Origin: an uncultured candidate division Zixibacteria bacterium
Lineage (GTDB): Bacteria > Zixibacteria > MSB-5A5 > RBG-16-43-9
Length of the DNA: 64,000 nt
NCBI GenBank assembly: GCA_963713865.1
Contig: OY970208.1
Span: 512,001 to 576,000 of the forward strand
Reading direction: 5' to 3'
Shown piece by piece: positions 1-9,125 of the stretch; the stretch's first letter is position 1, and each line of letters starts with the position of its first letter. A program made the translations under genes and the position numbers. The notes under the pieces were generated by a model. That model ran no database searches, was not told where the DNA came from, and saw only the letters and a list, made by a program, of their open reading frames with translations.

Positions 1-217
1 CGAGCCGTAATGCTTTTATCGACTTGTCTGTTCCCTAAGATCAGGCCCTAACACAGGTCTGTAGGACAAGGTGCCTGACCCATCGTGGAGCGACTCTGCT
101 TGTCCCGCGGGATCAGGGTCGCAAAAAAAGAAGGACAGAACTCTGTTCTGTCCCTACAATTTTTTGTCAGACAGGAATGTCTGACATACCAGATATATTT
201 TAAACAGACCTTATCTA

Positions 218-760
218 CTATTTAGTCTTTCCTTTATTCAATTCTTCTAAAATCACCGCAGTCAAATCCATATCCTCTTTAGCATAGAGAACATTTCCTC
301 CAGAGGAATCTAAGATCAAAGCGTAGCCATCCCGGATTGCTACTAACTGGATAACCGCGTTTATCTTATCGATAAGGGGCTTGGAAAGCTCCTTTTCCCT
401 TCTGGCCGCTTCACCTTCAGGACCTAAAATCTTCGAAGCAAAATCCTGATATTCTTTTTGTTTGGCTATAATCAACTGCTGTTTTTCTTTTCTCTTGGCT
501 TCAGTCAAAAGTGAACCCTGTCTTTCTAATTCATTCTGCAGAGCAGCAACCTCTTTTTGCATAGTATCAGCCTGGCTCTGCCATATAGATAACTGCTGGT
601 TGAACCTCTCCTGAGCATCCTGAAACTCTTTATATTCTACTTTTAACCTTTCCACATCCACATAACCGATCTTGGGTTGCTGAGCTAAAAGCGCTTTAGA
701 TAAAGGAACTGCTAACAGGAGCACAAGCCCGAAAAGACATACTACTTTTTTTAACATCAA
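218..760 (-). CDS. skp: OmpH/Skp periplasmic chaperone
   Basis: Signal peptide, KIGYVD motif, long coiled coil, C-terminal GYALILD...VLYA...DLT; AGGAGG RBS. Confidence 0.9.
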   Translation of the reverse strand: MMLKKVVCLFGLVLLLAVPLSKALLAQQPKIGYVDVERLKVEYKEFQDAQERFNQQLSIWQSQADTMQKEVAALQNELERQGSLLTEAKRKEKQQLIIAKQKEYQDFASKILGPEGEAARREKELSKPLIDKINAVIQLVAIRDGYALILDSSGGNVLYAKEDMDLTAVILEELNKGKTK

Positions 761-804
761 AATCCTCCTTTTTTGTTATGCCAATATAGGTTGTTTATTT
801 TAAT

Positions 805-1458
805 TTACAAGAAAAGTTTTTTAAAGGTATCCTTAGCTTCTTTTCCCACTAAGGTTATTATGGTATCATTCTCCTTAAGGATCGTTTCACCCTTGGGAAT
901 GATTATCTGGTTCTCCCTTAAGGCTGCTATAATTATACAATCCTTGGGAAGGGTTAGTTTGGAAATTTTCTTATCAACTAAAGGAGAATCCGAAGAAAGC
1001 TGGGTCTGGAAGATTTCAACTTCACCTCCCCGTAGGGCTAAAAGGGGAATGAACATTCCAGCATCGATCTTCTCTTCGATAAGTGAGCCGATTATCCTGG
1101 TTGCCGAGACTGTAGCATCCACCCCTAAGGTTTGAAAGACCTCCTCATTATTCGGGTCATTTACCCGTGCAATGGTTTTTGGTATAATATATAATATTTT
1201 AGCCATCTGGCAGATAATCAGATTATCCTGGTCTGTGCCGGTTACAGCCACCAGGACATCCGCCCGATTAACCCCCATATCCATAAGAGTGCCAAGCTCT
1301 GTTCCATCACCCAGGATCACCTGTTCCCCTAACTCCTCTGAGAGTTTACTATATCTTGCCGGATCTTTCTCCACCAGCAATACCTCATGCTTCTCCGAGA
1401 TTAGCATCCGGGCAAGACTATGACCTACCTGACCACCACCTACTATGATAACGTACAT
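805..1458 (-). CDS. trkA: TrkA/KtrA-family K+ transport regulatory subunit (RCK_N + RCK_C)
   Basis: MYVIIVGGGQVG Rossmann motif, AVTGTDQDN, IARVNDP, C-terminal RCK_C (IIIPKGETIL). Confidence 0.9.
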   Translation of the reverse strand: MYVIIVGGGQVGHSLARMLISEKHEVLLVEKDPARYSKLSEELGEQVILGDGTELGTLMDMGVNRADVLVAVTGTDQDNLIICQMAKILYIIPKTIARVNDPNNEEVFQTLGVDATVSATRIIGSLIEEKIDAGMFIPLLALRGGEVEIFQTQLSSDSPLVDKKISKLTLPKDCIIIAALRENQIIIPKGETILKENDTIITLVGKEAKDTFKKLFL

Positions 1459-1486
1459 CTTGATTTCACCTACCTTTGGATTTCAT

Positions 1487-1892
1487 TCAAGTTTTTTCTG
1501 TAAGAAGAGTTTCAATCTTTTCAGCTGTATCAACGGTTGGGCAGATTATATTCAAATCCAGTTCTTTAAAAGCCTGAGCTCTTTTGGGATCATAAACTCT
1601 TAATAATATCTTGGGGGTTTTGAATTTCTCCCTTACCAGTTGAGCTGCCATTAAATTAGTATTATCTTCATTTGTTACCGCGATAAAGGCTTCAGCCTTA
1701 TCTATCCCGACACTTTTTAAAGCCTCCTCGTCGATCCCTATGCCCAGGATGGTTCTGCCTTTAAATTCTTTATCCAGCCTTTTAAAAGAACCGGGATTCT
1801 GGTCTATTATTGAGACCTCATTACCCTTAGCCGCAAGCTGATTGGCAAGTAACGAGCCTACCAGAACTGCATCCTAAAATTACCACTTTCAT
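1487..1892 (-). pseudogene. TrkA-N (RCK_N only) protein with +1 frameshift near codon 10, probably a sequencing error
   Basis: ATG AAA GTG GTA ATT TTA GGA TGC AGT (T) CTG GTA GGC gives MKVVILGCS/LVGSLLANQL...AVTNEDNTNL...RVYDPKRA; the span is 406 nt = 3n+1; absent from the ORF track. Confidence 0.85.
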
Positions 1893-1913
1893 ATTTTTTC
1901 TCCCAAATAAATT

Positions 1914-2477
1914 TTATCCCTCAGGAAGCTTATCAATGATGACTTCACAGGGTGCTTTTCGAATCAAGATATCAGTTGTCCTTCCCCAGAGTGCTTGAAC
2001 ACCCCGTAGATTGGTGCTCATACCTAAAACAATCGCATCCGCCTGTTTATCCTTGGCTACTCGTATTATCCCCTCCCCTGCTTCCCGCGCCCTTTCAATT
2101 AGGGGAACTGGAGAAAGATTATGAAGCTTTACAATTTCTTTACCCCGATTTAAAGCCTGGTTGGCTTTCTCCTCAGCTTCAGGCATAGGAGCATTTAAGG
2201 GAAGAGTGCGAGGGATTTCTATCACATAGGTCAACACTATTTCCGCCTGATGTTCAGCTCCTAACCGACAGGCTAACTCAATCCCTCTTTCTGAATATGG
2301 CATACCTGATGTAGGAACTAAAATCCTTTTCAATGCTTCAACTGACCTGTGAGCCTTAGCTACCTCTGGTTTTATCTGAGGTGGAGGGTGCAGCATCCAC
2401 CACAGAATCCCGCCCATAGAAAAGGCAAAGACTATAGCAATAATTACTCCTAAAAGTGATACCTGAACCTGCATCAA
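1914..2477 (-). CDS. Membrane-anchored universal stress protein (Usp) domain protein
   Basis: N-terminal TM helix; RILVPT, ADAIVLG, GRTTDILIRKAPCEVII Usp motifs. Confidence 0.85.
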   Translation of the reverse strand: MMQVQVSLLGVIIAIVFAFSMGGILWWMLHPPPQIKPEVAKAHRSVEALKRILVPTSGMPYSERGIELACRLGAEHQAEIVLTYVIEIPRTLPLNAPMPEAEEKANQALNRGKEIVKLHNLSPVPLIERAREAGEGIIRVAKDKQADAIVLGMSTNLRGVQALWGRTTDILIRKAPCEVIIDKLPEG

Positions 2478-2695
2478 TTTTTTCTTTTTTTCAGATACTT
2501 ATAAACAAAATTCAAGCGATAAATCCCTAAACCTAAAAGCCCTCCACCCACTAAAAGAGTGAGGATGAAAATTCCAGAGAATAAAGCTCTCAGAAGAATT
2601 ATCCCTCCCGAAACAGTCATTAAAATACTGGTGATTATCTGGTAATAGTCCAGACGGGTTAAATTCTTAGTCGAATTTACAGTCAAGCTTCTCAT
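2474..2695 (-). CDS. Small two-TM membrane protein
   Basis: 73 aa, two hydrophobic helices, overlaps both neighbours in the operon. Confidence 0.6.
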   Translation of the reverse strand: MRSLTVNSTKNLTRLDYYQIITSILMTVSGGIILLRALFSGIFILTLLVGGGLLGLGIYRLNFVYKYLKKRKN

Positions 2696-4269
2696 TTTAT
2701 CCCCATTCTCTTTTTATCCCTTTCAGCCAAAGCATTCTTATACTGTTCTAATGAATCAAATTCTTCGGCTGAGGTCAAAACCTCTATCTGCTCTTTCTCC
2801 CAGTTATGTTTGATGCTTTTAAATAGGGGAAGCCCTTCTTTTTTCCTATACCAGGTATAATAGATAAAACACAATAAGACCCAGGAAGGGCCTGCTATTC
2901 TTCCAATAGTATGAGTCAGGATTACCTCAAAAAGAATAGTAGCCACGCCTAACATCCCGATAACTCCAAGTATAGGAAAATAGACTTTTCTTCCCTGATA
3001 ATTTAATTTTAAATTTAGAGGCATCTTATAAGGTCTGGGAGTGTAAGGATCTGAAAACCTGAGTTTTATCAAAGCGATAAAGACTAAAGTGTACCCTAAG
3101 GTAGCACCGAAGGCGTACATATTCCCTAAAGTATCCATAGCTTTAGGAGTTAGAAACGATAAAACAGTTTGGATCACTGCGACCATAGAAAAAATAACTA
3201 TAGTCCTGACCGGTGTATGAAATTTGGGATGAACTGAATAAAACCAGGGACTGATTATCCCGAACTGGCTCAAGGAATAAGTTAGCCGGGAAGCTCCCAT
3301 AACTCCAGCATTGGAGGAGATAAAAAGGATAGTAGCACCTAAGATGGCAGCAAAAGGTCCAGCGATTAATCCAATATAGGGAATAGTGCTGGCAAGTTTA
3401 GCCACAGGATCCCCTATATGGTCTGCAAAAACCTGCCAGGGCAATACTCCTAAACCCAGAGTAGAAAATGACACTGCGAAGATAAAGACGGTTAAGATTA
3501 AAGTTAGAGAAGTGCGAGGGATTATAGTAGCTGGCCTTTTGGTTTCCTGAGCTGCCTGAGAGATAGACTCTAAACCAACAAAGGAAATGATAGCCAGAGA
3601 AGAACCATACATAAAATTATGTAGCGTTGGGAACTGAGTATGCCATTGATGGGCAAGAAGTTCAGGCTTCCAGGCAAACAGAAAGCCAAAGATTATGATA
3701 CTCCCTTCAGCTAAAAGATCAACTGCTCCTATTATCGAATTCAAAAGGGATGATTCCCTTATACCCCTAATATTTACCAGGATCAAAATCCCAATGAGGA
3801 CAAGGGTTTCCAGACACCAGACCGGGTTTATATTATGCAGTGGACCTAAAGTGATGGCGAAACTCTCAATACTTCTTCCCAGCAGATAAGGCATAAAGAA
3901 GTTAATATAACCGGCTGAACCAACTGCGAAGAGAGCAATATCTATGGTGTAATCTAAAAGCAGAGCTGATCCCCCTACAAATCCCCAGAAATCCCCTAAG
4001 CCTCTTAAGGTGAAGTAAGGACCTCCTCCTGCTACAGGATAGGCGGAGGCAAGCTCAGTATAGGCAAGCCCGATCATTATATAAACAATCCCGGCTAAGG
4101 CAAAGACCAGGCTGGCAGCCCCTTGAGCATAAGCCATCACCAGTCCTAAAGCCACATATATATCAGCACCCACATCTGCATAACCCCAGGTAAAGGAGCC
4201 CCAGACTGTTACATCCCGACGAAGCTCTATTTTTTCAGTTGAATGAATTTGAGCAATTTTGTTCTTCAA
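2692..4269 (-). CDS. APC-superfamily permease (KimA/YdaO-like, probably K+ related)
   Basis: ~12 TM helices; GYADVGADIY, AYTELASAYPVAGG, SFVGLESISQAAQE; lies below a ydaO riboswitch and next to trkA genes. Confidence 0.85.
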   Translation of the reverse strand: MKNKIAQIHSTEKIELRRDVTVWGSFTWGYADVGADIYVALGLVMAYAQGAASLVFALAGIVYIMIGLAYTELASAYPVAGGGPYFTLRGLGDFWGFVGGSALLLDYTIDIALFAVGSAGYINFFMPYLLGRSIESFAITLGPLHNINPVWCLETLVLIGILILVNIRGIRESSLLNSIIGAVDLLAEGSIIIFGFLFAWKPELLAHQWHTQFPTLHNFMYGSSLAIISFVGLESISQAAQETKRPATIIPRTSLTLILTVFIFAVSFSTLGLGVLPWQVFADHIGDPVAKLASTIPYIGLIAGPFAAILGATILFISSNAGVMGASRLTYSLSQFGIISPWFYSVHPKFHTPVRTIVIFSMVAVIQTVLSFLTPKAMDTLGNMYAFGATLGYTLVFIALIKLRFSDPYTPRPYKMPLNLKLNYQGRKVYFPILGVIGMLGVATILFEVILTHTIGRIAGPSWVLLCFIYYTWYRKKEGLPLFKSIKHNWEKEQIEVLTSAEEFDSLEQYKNALAERDKKRMGIK

Positions 4270-4286
4270 GTTGCTATCTTTCCCTT

Positions 4287-4320
4287 AAAGAAAAAAGACC
4301 AATGAAAACCCAGTGGTCTA
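4287..4320 (-). terminator. Riboswitch expression-platform terminator
   Basis: Minus strand AGACCA-CTGGGTTTTCAT-TGGTCT followed by TTTTTCTTT, just upstream of the permease start. Confidence 0.7.
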
Positions 4321-4339
4321 TCCTATTTGATCTTCACTC

Positions 4340-4465
4340 CTCTCTTTACGCCTGCGAAGTTAGCTAAAAGGCTCGGGTCAAGAGCTAACCCTATCTCCCA
4401 TTTAGGAAAAATTCGCCCTAGAATTTTATGGTTCCTCCGTCCCCCGTATGGGGATTAGGCGATTT
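4340..4465 (-). ncRNA. c-di-AMP (ydaO/yuaA) riboswitch
   Basis: Minus strand AATCGCCTAATCCC..GGGGACGGAGGAACCA..GGGCGAAT..TAGGGTT..GACCCGAGCC..AGCTAACTTCGCAGGCGT..AGAGAG matches the ydaO consensus; upstream of K+ genes. Confidence 0.92.
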
Positions 4466-4476
4466 ATTGAAGATTG

Positions 4477-4504
4477 AATATATGAGGTAGTAAAAGATTG
4501 TCAA
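4477..4504 (-). promoter_or_regulatory. sigma70-type promoter of the riboswitch operon
   Basis: TTGACA-N16-TATATT directly upstream of the aptamer. Confidence 0.65.
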
Positions 4505-4544
4505 TACAAATCTTAAACTAATGTCAAGCCAAAATAGAAATATC

Positions 4545-5877
4545 CTATTTGTTTAATATCCACATACTTTTCTTTTTTGCAACGGGATTGAAGTTCAACC
4601 ATCTTCTCCAGGGGTGATTTTTTCCAGGTTTAATAGGTCGGTGAAATCTTTCCCGGACTATGGTATCCTCAGTCTTAACAGGTTTTTCGGCGATCTCCCT
4701 ATACCGCAGACTGGTTCCCTTACCCATTATATACAGGGAGCTGCTGAGCTTCTCCTCCATGATCACCTTATTGGCCTTCACTACATCCTCCCTACGGGGG
4801 ACGAAGCCCGGCGTAGCCGTCGTAAAGCTTTTATCGACTATCTGATAAAGCCCGCCGTTATGAGTTATGGTGTTATCGTTTCTTACCGTGCGTTCAGTCT
4901 TTATGCAGAGATATTTATCCAGATAAAAATGATTGGGAAGTTTCACATGCACATCCGTGTCATTTGCCGGGCATACCCTGAACCTCTGGTTAAACTTCGG
5001 CAGATACTCCCTGAGAAATTCATTGGCGGACTCTTTGGTCTTTATCCCTCTAAGCCTCATCTCCTTAATAAGTCTGTCCTGAAGGACTCCAAAAAGCCTT
5101 TCTACCCTTCCCTTTGCCTGTGGAGAATAGGCATGGATTACGTCTACCCCAAGCTCTTTAAGTGCTCTCTCAAACTGGCTCAAAGGTTCTATCCTCTCGA
5201 ACTCCTCCCACTCGGTAAGCTTCTTAGTTGATTTGTAGGTGGTGTGCCTGTCCAGATAAATACTTAGTGAAAGCCCATATCTTCTCACATAACGCTTAAA
5301 ACTATCCATCCCAGGGATAGTCCCCCTCATAATCGTAAAACCTCGCAAAAACATGGTTGGTGGCATCATCTATGTAGGCCATCAGCACAAGCTCAGGACC
5401 CCTGCCTTCAAGCCAGTCATGATGAGAACCATCCATCTGAACCATTTCTCCAAAACATTCCTTCCTTTGTCTCCACTGTCTGTGCCTTGACCTCTTACGT
5501 CTCCTCTGCCATAGACCCGCCTCCATAAGCCATTTCCTCAGGGTCTCATCGCTTAACTTAATGCCGTCCAGTTCACCTAACTTCTCAGTTGCAAGGGTTG
5601 GACCAAAACCACTATACTTGCTTCTGTAGAACATTAATACCTTGGCTTTAACTTCAGCCAGTATCCGCCTGTTTGAAAAACGACCTCGTAACCTGTGAAT
5701 TACTCCTTCTTCTCCCTCCTCACGCACTGCCCTAACCAGCCTTCTTGTCTGTCTCTCTGAAAGCCCTATCAGGGAGGCAGCTACCCTCTGGGTTATGTGT
5801 CTCTCTATTGCCTCCTGGATTACCTTTAACCGCTTAACCTCTCTTATGCTCATCCTGATAATGTCCTTTTCTGCCAT
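4545..5877 (-). pseudogene. ISNCY/IS1202-family DDE transposase, +1 frameshift in a G run near 5322
   Basis: HTH, GFGPTLATEKL, QMDGSHHDWLEGRG, IDDAT, IYLDRH, SPQAKGRVERLF..LQDRL; GAG GGG G ACT joins ORFs 5302-5877 and 4545-5369. Confidence 0.88.
4791..4838 (-). repeat. 48-nt dispersed repeat inserted in frame in the transposase
   Basis: GTCGATAAAAGCTTTACGACGGCTACGCC..CTTCGTCCCCCGTA closely matches intergenic 19719-19761 and, in part, 1-23. Confidence 0.75.
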
Positions 5878-5968
5878 AATCCTCCCTGTCTTTTAAGGGA
5901 AAATTATAGCTATGTCTTAGGACATTTCTACTTTAGTTAATTAGGACATTATCACTTTGGTGTAACAT

Positions 5969-6337
5969 ATTGCAGTTAAGAAGATCTCCAATCGTTATAA
6001 TGTAATATCAAACTATGAACCCAGATTAAAACCATTTAGATTATATCAAAGAGTTTTAAAATATGACCTTTTAGGGTCGTTTGAGAACAACCATGAGTAT
6101 TTTACCTATATTCTTGATACTCCAACAAGAAGAGTGAAAATTGTAGTAAACTTTCCTGAGAACAGACCATGTAAAGAAAGGAGCGTCAAGGGCAGTTTAC
6201 ATGCGGAAAGTAGTAGGGGTGAATTAGAGAACAGGGAAATGAACAAGCCCGAAAATATAGACAATGGCCAGAAAATCGAATGGTACCTAAATAATGTAAG
6301 AGAAGGAGAGTTATATTATTTAGAATGGGATTGGTAG
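5969..6337 (+). pseudogene. 5'-truncated hypothetical gene cut at the IS end
   Basis: The frame of ORF 6134-6337 stays open with no start/RBS back to the IS terminus (IAVKKISNRYNV...LYYLEWDW). Confidence 0.6.
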
Positions 6338-6406
6338 AATCTATATGTTTCTATTATTATATAGATTTGAATTTTTGGAACCTCATGGCTGGATAAATTC
6401 TCATGT

Positions 6407-7264
6407 CTAATAATTAATCACCTGGTCGATCTTCCCCTTTTTGCGGGCAACATATTCAATAGATTTATAGATATAATCGGAGAACAGGGCAAGTAGAATA
6501 GTTGTTCCAAGCATTATAAGAAGAAGCTGGAAATCAGAATACTTAGCTAAGGTCTGGCTTAAGCTTTTACCCAAGATCGACCTTCTAAGAAGCTCTAACC
6601 AGTAAGTTAAAGGTAAAGCCTTGGAGATATATTGTAACCAATTAGGCAACAGGTCAATCTGGAAAATTGCTCCACAGGCTAAATAAAAAATCCCTCCTAA
6701 GCCCTCGGTCAAAGCAAAACTGTGATGAGCAGTTAGCATAGTTATCCCGGCCAAAAGGATTCCAAGACAGGTTATCACAAACAGTCCTACTATAAGGGTG
6801 ATAAAGAATAGTGGATAATTTACCTTTAACAAATCGATCGGTATCTTCAAAACAAGCATACCGAAGGCTAAGGTTATGATAATGGCAATGGTGGTGGTTA
6901 TCAGTTTGGCCATCCCTCTACCAAAAAGATAATAATACATTCTGATGGGGGCGATATAGATATATCTTAACATCTCATAATGTTCCCGGTCTTCGTGGAT
7001 CACCCAGGATATCCCGAACAAAACATTATAGACATACATAAAGAAAGTATTCCCCAGAAATATGTAGGCGAAAAGGTCAAATGAGGTCTTCCCACGGGTT
7101 ACTACTAAATACATAAAGACTAAAATCAAGGATGAGGCGATCGGTCGGATTATGGAATAGATTGCAAACAAAAACGGGTCAGCCCAGTTAGCTTCCATTG
7201 CCCAGCCCAGTTTTCCTGCTAATCTGGTGGTTCTTAAATTTTCTTTTAACTTTTGTATGAACAT
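6407..7264 (-). CDS. ABC-2 type exporter permease
   Basis: 6 TM helices, GAIFQIDLLPNWLQYISKALPLTYWLELLR ABC-2 signature. Confidence 0.85.
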   Translation of the reverse strand: MFIQKLKENLRTTRLAGKLGWAMEANWADPFLFAIYSIIRPIASSLILVFMYLVVTRGKTSFDLFAYIFLGNTFFMYVYNVLFGISWVIHEDREHYEMLRYIYIAPIRMYYYLFGRGMAKLITTTIAIIITLAFGMLVLKIPIDLLKVNYPLFFITLIVGLFVITCLGILLAGITMLTAHHSFALTEGLGGIFYLACGAIFQIDLLPNWLQYISKALPLTYWLELLRRSILGKSLSQTLAKYSDFQLLLIMLGTTILLALFSDYIYKSIEYVARKKGKIDQVINY

Positions 7265-7304
7265 ACAAAGTACCTCTGTTTGTCAAAAATATTAGAGTAC
7301 TGTC

Positions 7305-7342
7305 GTAGGGGCACGTTGTCCGCCTCTGGCGGATGCCCCTAC
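7305..7342. repeat. GTAG-type REP palindrome with internal CCGCC-N3-GGCGG
   Basis: GTAGGGGCA..TCCGCCTCTGGCGGA..TGCCCCTAC. Confidence 0.7.
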
Positions 7343-8112
7343 CCTTCTCTCTTTTTTGCCACAAAAATCATAAATGGGCTTTTTGCCTCAAAAGATGATT
7401 TATCATAATCTCCAAAAAGCTCCTCAGTTTCAAATCCGTTAGAAAAAAGTATCCTTTCAAACTCAGCCGGGAAAAAATACCTCATCTTCAAGTCTATGGT
7501 TTTGCGAAAAAACCTACCATTTGGTTTGTTGGTTTCCACAAAGAGTCTGACCTTCAAAATCTGCTTAGGTTTATCATAAAATTGATTGGAGTAAATTTGA
7601 GTTAAGTCCTCTTTTTCCGGATAGCCCTTTAAAATATCTCCTTCACTTCTTAACACCCCCTCTGCTCTGGTAAGGTCCGGATGAAACACGCTGATTATTA
7701 ACCGTCCCTGAGAAGAAAGATGTTTATAGACTGAGCGAATACAGTTATTCTGCTCTTCCATTGAAAGAAGGACCTGAAAAGAATTAAAAGGAATAAAAAT
7801 AAGATTAAACTCCTTTTTCAGATGAAAATTCCTCATATCACCCTGAAGCAGAGTTACTCTTTTTTTAATCTGTTCTGTTTCTTTATTCAACTTCTCCCTG
7901 GCTTTCTCTAACATCTTCTCGGAAATATCCAAACCAGTGATCTCTATACCCTCTTTAGCTAAAGGAAAGAGAATCCGTCCAGTTCCACAGCACAGCTCTA
8001 AAACTGGAGAGCCGCATCTTTTAGCATACTCCAACCATAAAGGGATGTCGGAGACAAAACTCTGGTTCCACTTGTCATAGAAATCCGCATAAAGGTCAAA
8101 TTCGTTTTTCAT
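7339..8112 (-). CDS. Class I SAM-dependent methyltransferase
   Basis: VLELCCGTGR, GLDISEKML, QGDMRNF, FNSFQ. Confidence 0.9.
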   Translation of the reverse strand: MKNEFDLYADFYDKWNQSFVSDIPLWLEYAKRCGSPVLELCCGTGRILFPLAKEGIEITGLDISEKMLEKAREKLNKETEQIKKRVTLLQGDMRNFHLKKEFNLIFIPFNSFQVLLSMEEQNNCIRSVYKHLSSQGRLIISVFHPDLTRAEGVLRSEGDILKGYPEKEDLTQIYSNQFYDKPKQILKVRLFVETNKPNGRFFRKTIDLKMRYFFPAEFERILFSNGFETEELFGDYDKSSFEAKSPFMIFVAKKREG

Positions 8113-8121
8113 AGGTTCTCC

Positions 8122-8303
8122 TGTTGGAGTGTAAAGCTTCAGCTTTACCTCTTGGTAAACCTATCCTACGGATCCAAATTCTGAAAGGTTTACACTCCAA
8201 ATCGTGAATTAACGTAGGGCAAACCTTTAGGTTTGCTTTTATTTTAGCAAGGCTAAAGCCTCGCCCTACAGTAGAGGAGAGATGCATGCGATGCGTCTCT
8301 ACG
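8122..8303. repeat. Cluster of REP-like palindromes
   Basis: TTGGAGTGTAAA..TTTACACTCCAA; GTAGGGC..GCCCTAC; GTAGAG..CTCTAC. Confidence 0.7.
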
Positions 8304-8306
8304 GTT

Positions 8307-9125
8307 TTATTGCCATCTTAAAGTCAATCTCCCTTCTTTCTTACCCATATTCTCCATATACTTTAAAGCATAATGGGAGGCAATTAGAAAAACTATCGAG
8401 AGTATGACCAAAGCTCCGATCTCTAAATTGACATTCAAAAATCCAAACTCTTTCCCTCCTTTGAAAGCTAATTGCCTTATCCCATCCAACCCCAGGGTCA
8501 AAGGGATGAAAGATGCAATCAACCCAATGGTAAACCCTAAGCTTTTTATGGGGAAAAAGAACCCGGATAAAAGATAAATCGGCTCCTGAAAAAGGTTGGT
8601 GGTATGCCAGGCTTCCCTGCCAAAAAGCATAAATAAAGATGAGAACATCATTCCCAGGCCGTAAAGGGATACCTGAGTCAGAAAGAATATCAGGGCTAAT
8701 TTACCCCAGCTAATCAAAGCGAAATTTACTTTAAAGATTAAACTTCCCACGATAAAGACAAAAACCGCCCTGGTGCTTGCCAGGTAAAACCCGCCAGTTG
8801 CCATTCCCAGGAGTATTGCCATCCGGGAGATGGGCGCTACCAGATAAAGCTCTAAATTCCCCATCTCTTTCTCCCAGTAGAACTGGGCAGCCATAGACCA
8901 TAGAACATTCATCCAGTAAGCAGTCATCGCCCCACCCAGGACCACAAAACCGGTGAATTCTACAGGTGCTTTTAAAGCCTTGTAGACATAGACAAAAGCG
9001 GCTGTGGAAAGTAAAGGCAAAAGTGCCTCTGAGATAAGCCAGCTCGGTTCACGATGGGCGCCAACCAATCTCACATAACTTGGGCCAAAGATAGCTTTTA
9101 AGTTAGTTTTCAGCTCTGTTTTCAT
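8307..9125 (-). CDS. ABC-2 type exporter permease
   Basis: WEKEMGNLELYLVAP, LLSGFFFPI, IPLTLGLDGIRQL; ATG at 9125 overlaps the ATPase gene. Confidence 0.85.
   Translation of the reverse strand: MKTELKTNLKAIFGPSYVRLVGAHREPSWLISEALLPLLSTAAFVYVYKALKAPVEFTGFVVLGGAMTAYWMNVLWSMAAQFYWEKEMGNLELYLVAPISRMAILLGMATGGFYLASTRAVFVFIVGSLIFKVNFALISWGKLALIFFLTQVSLYGLGMMFSSLFMLFGREAWHTTNLFQEPIYLLSGFFFPIKSLGFTIGLIASFIPLTLGLDGIRQLAFKGGKEFGFLNVNLEIGALVILSIVFLIASHYALKYMENMGKKEGRLTLRWQ

Larger units (their letters stand above)
4522..5967 (-). mobile_element. IS1202/ISNCY-type insertion sequence
   Basis: Ends TGTcaagccAAAATAGAAATATCCTA (4522) and TGTtacaccAAAGTGATAATGTCCTA (5967, minus strand), with a repeated AATGTCCTAA box; encloses a DDE transposase. 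Confidence 0.8.

Noticed and set aside
5990-6017. dif/xrs-like site next to the IS1202-type element (AATCGTTATAA-TGTAAT-ATCAAACTATG)
   Set aside because: The XerD arm does not resemble TTATGTTAAAT, and the site is over 20 bp from the IS end inside an open frame
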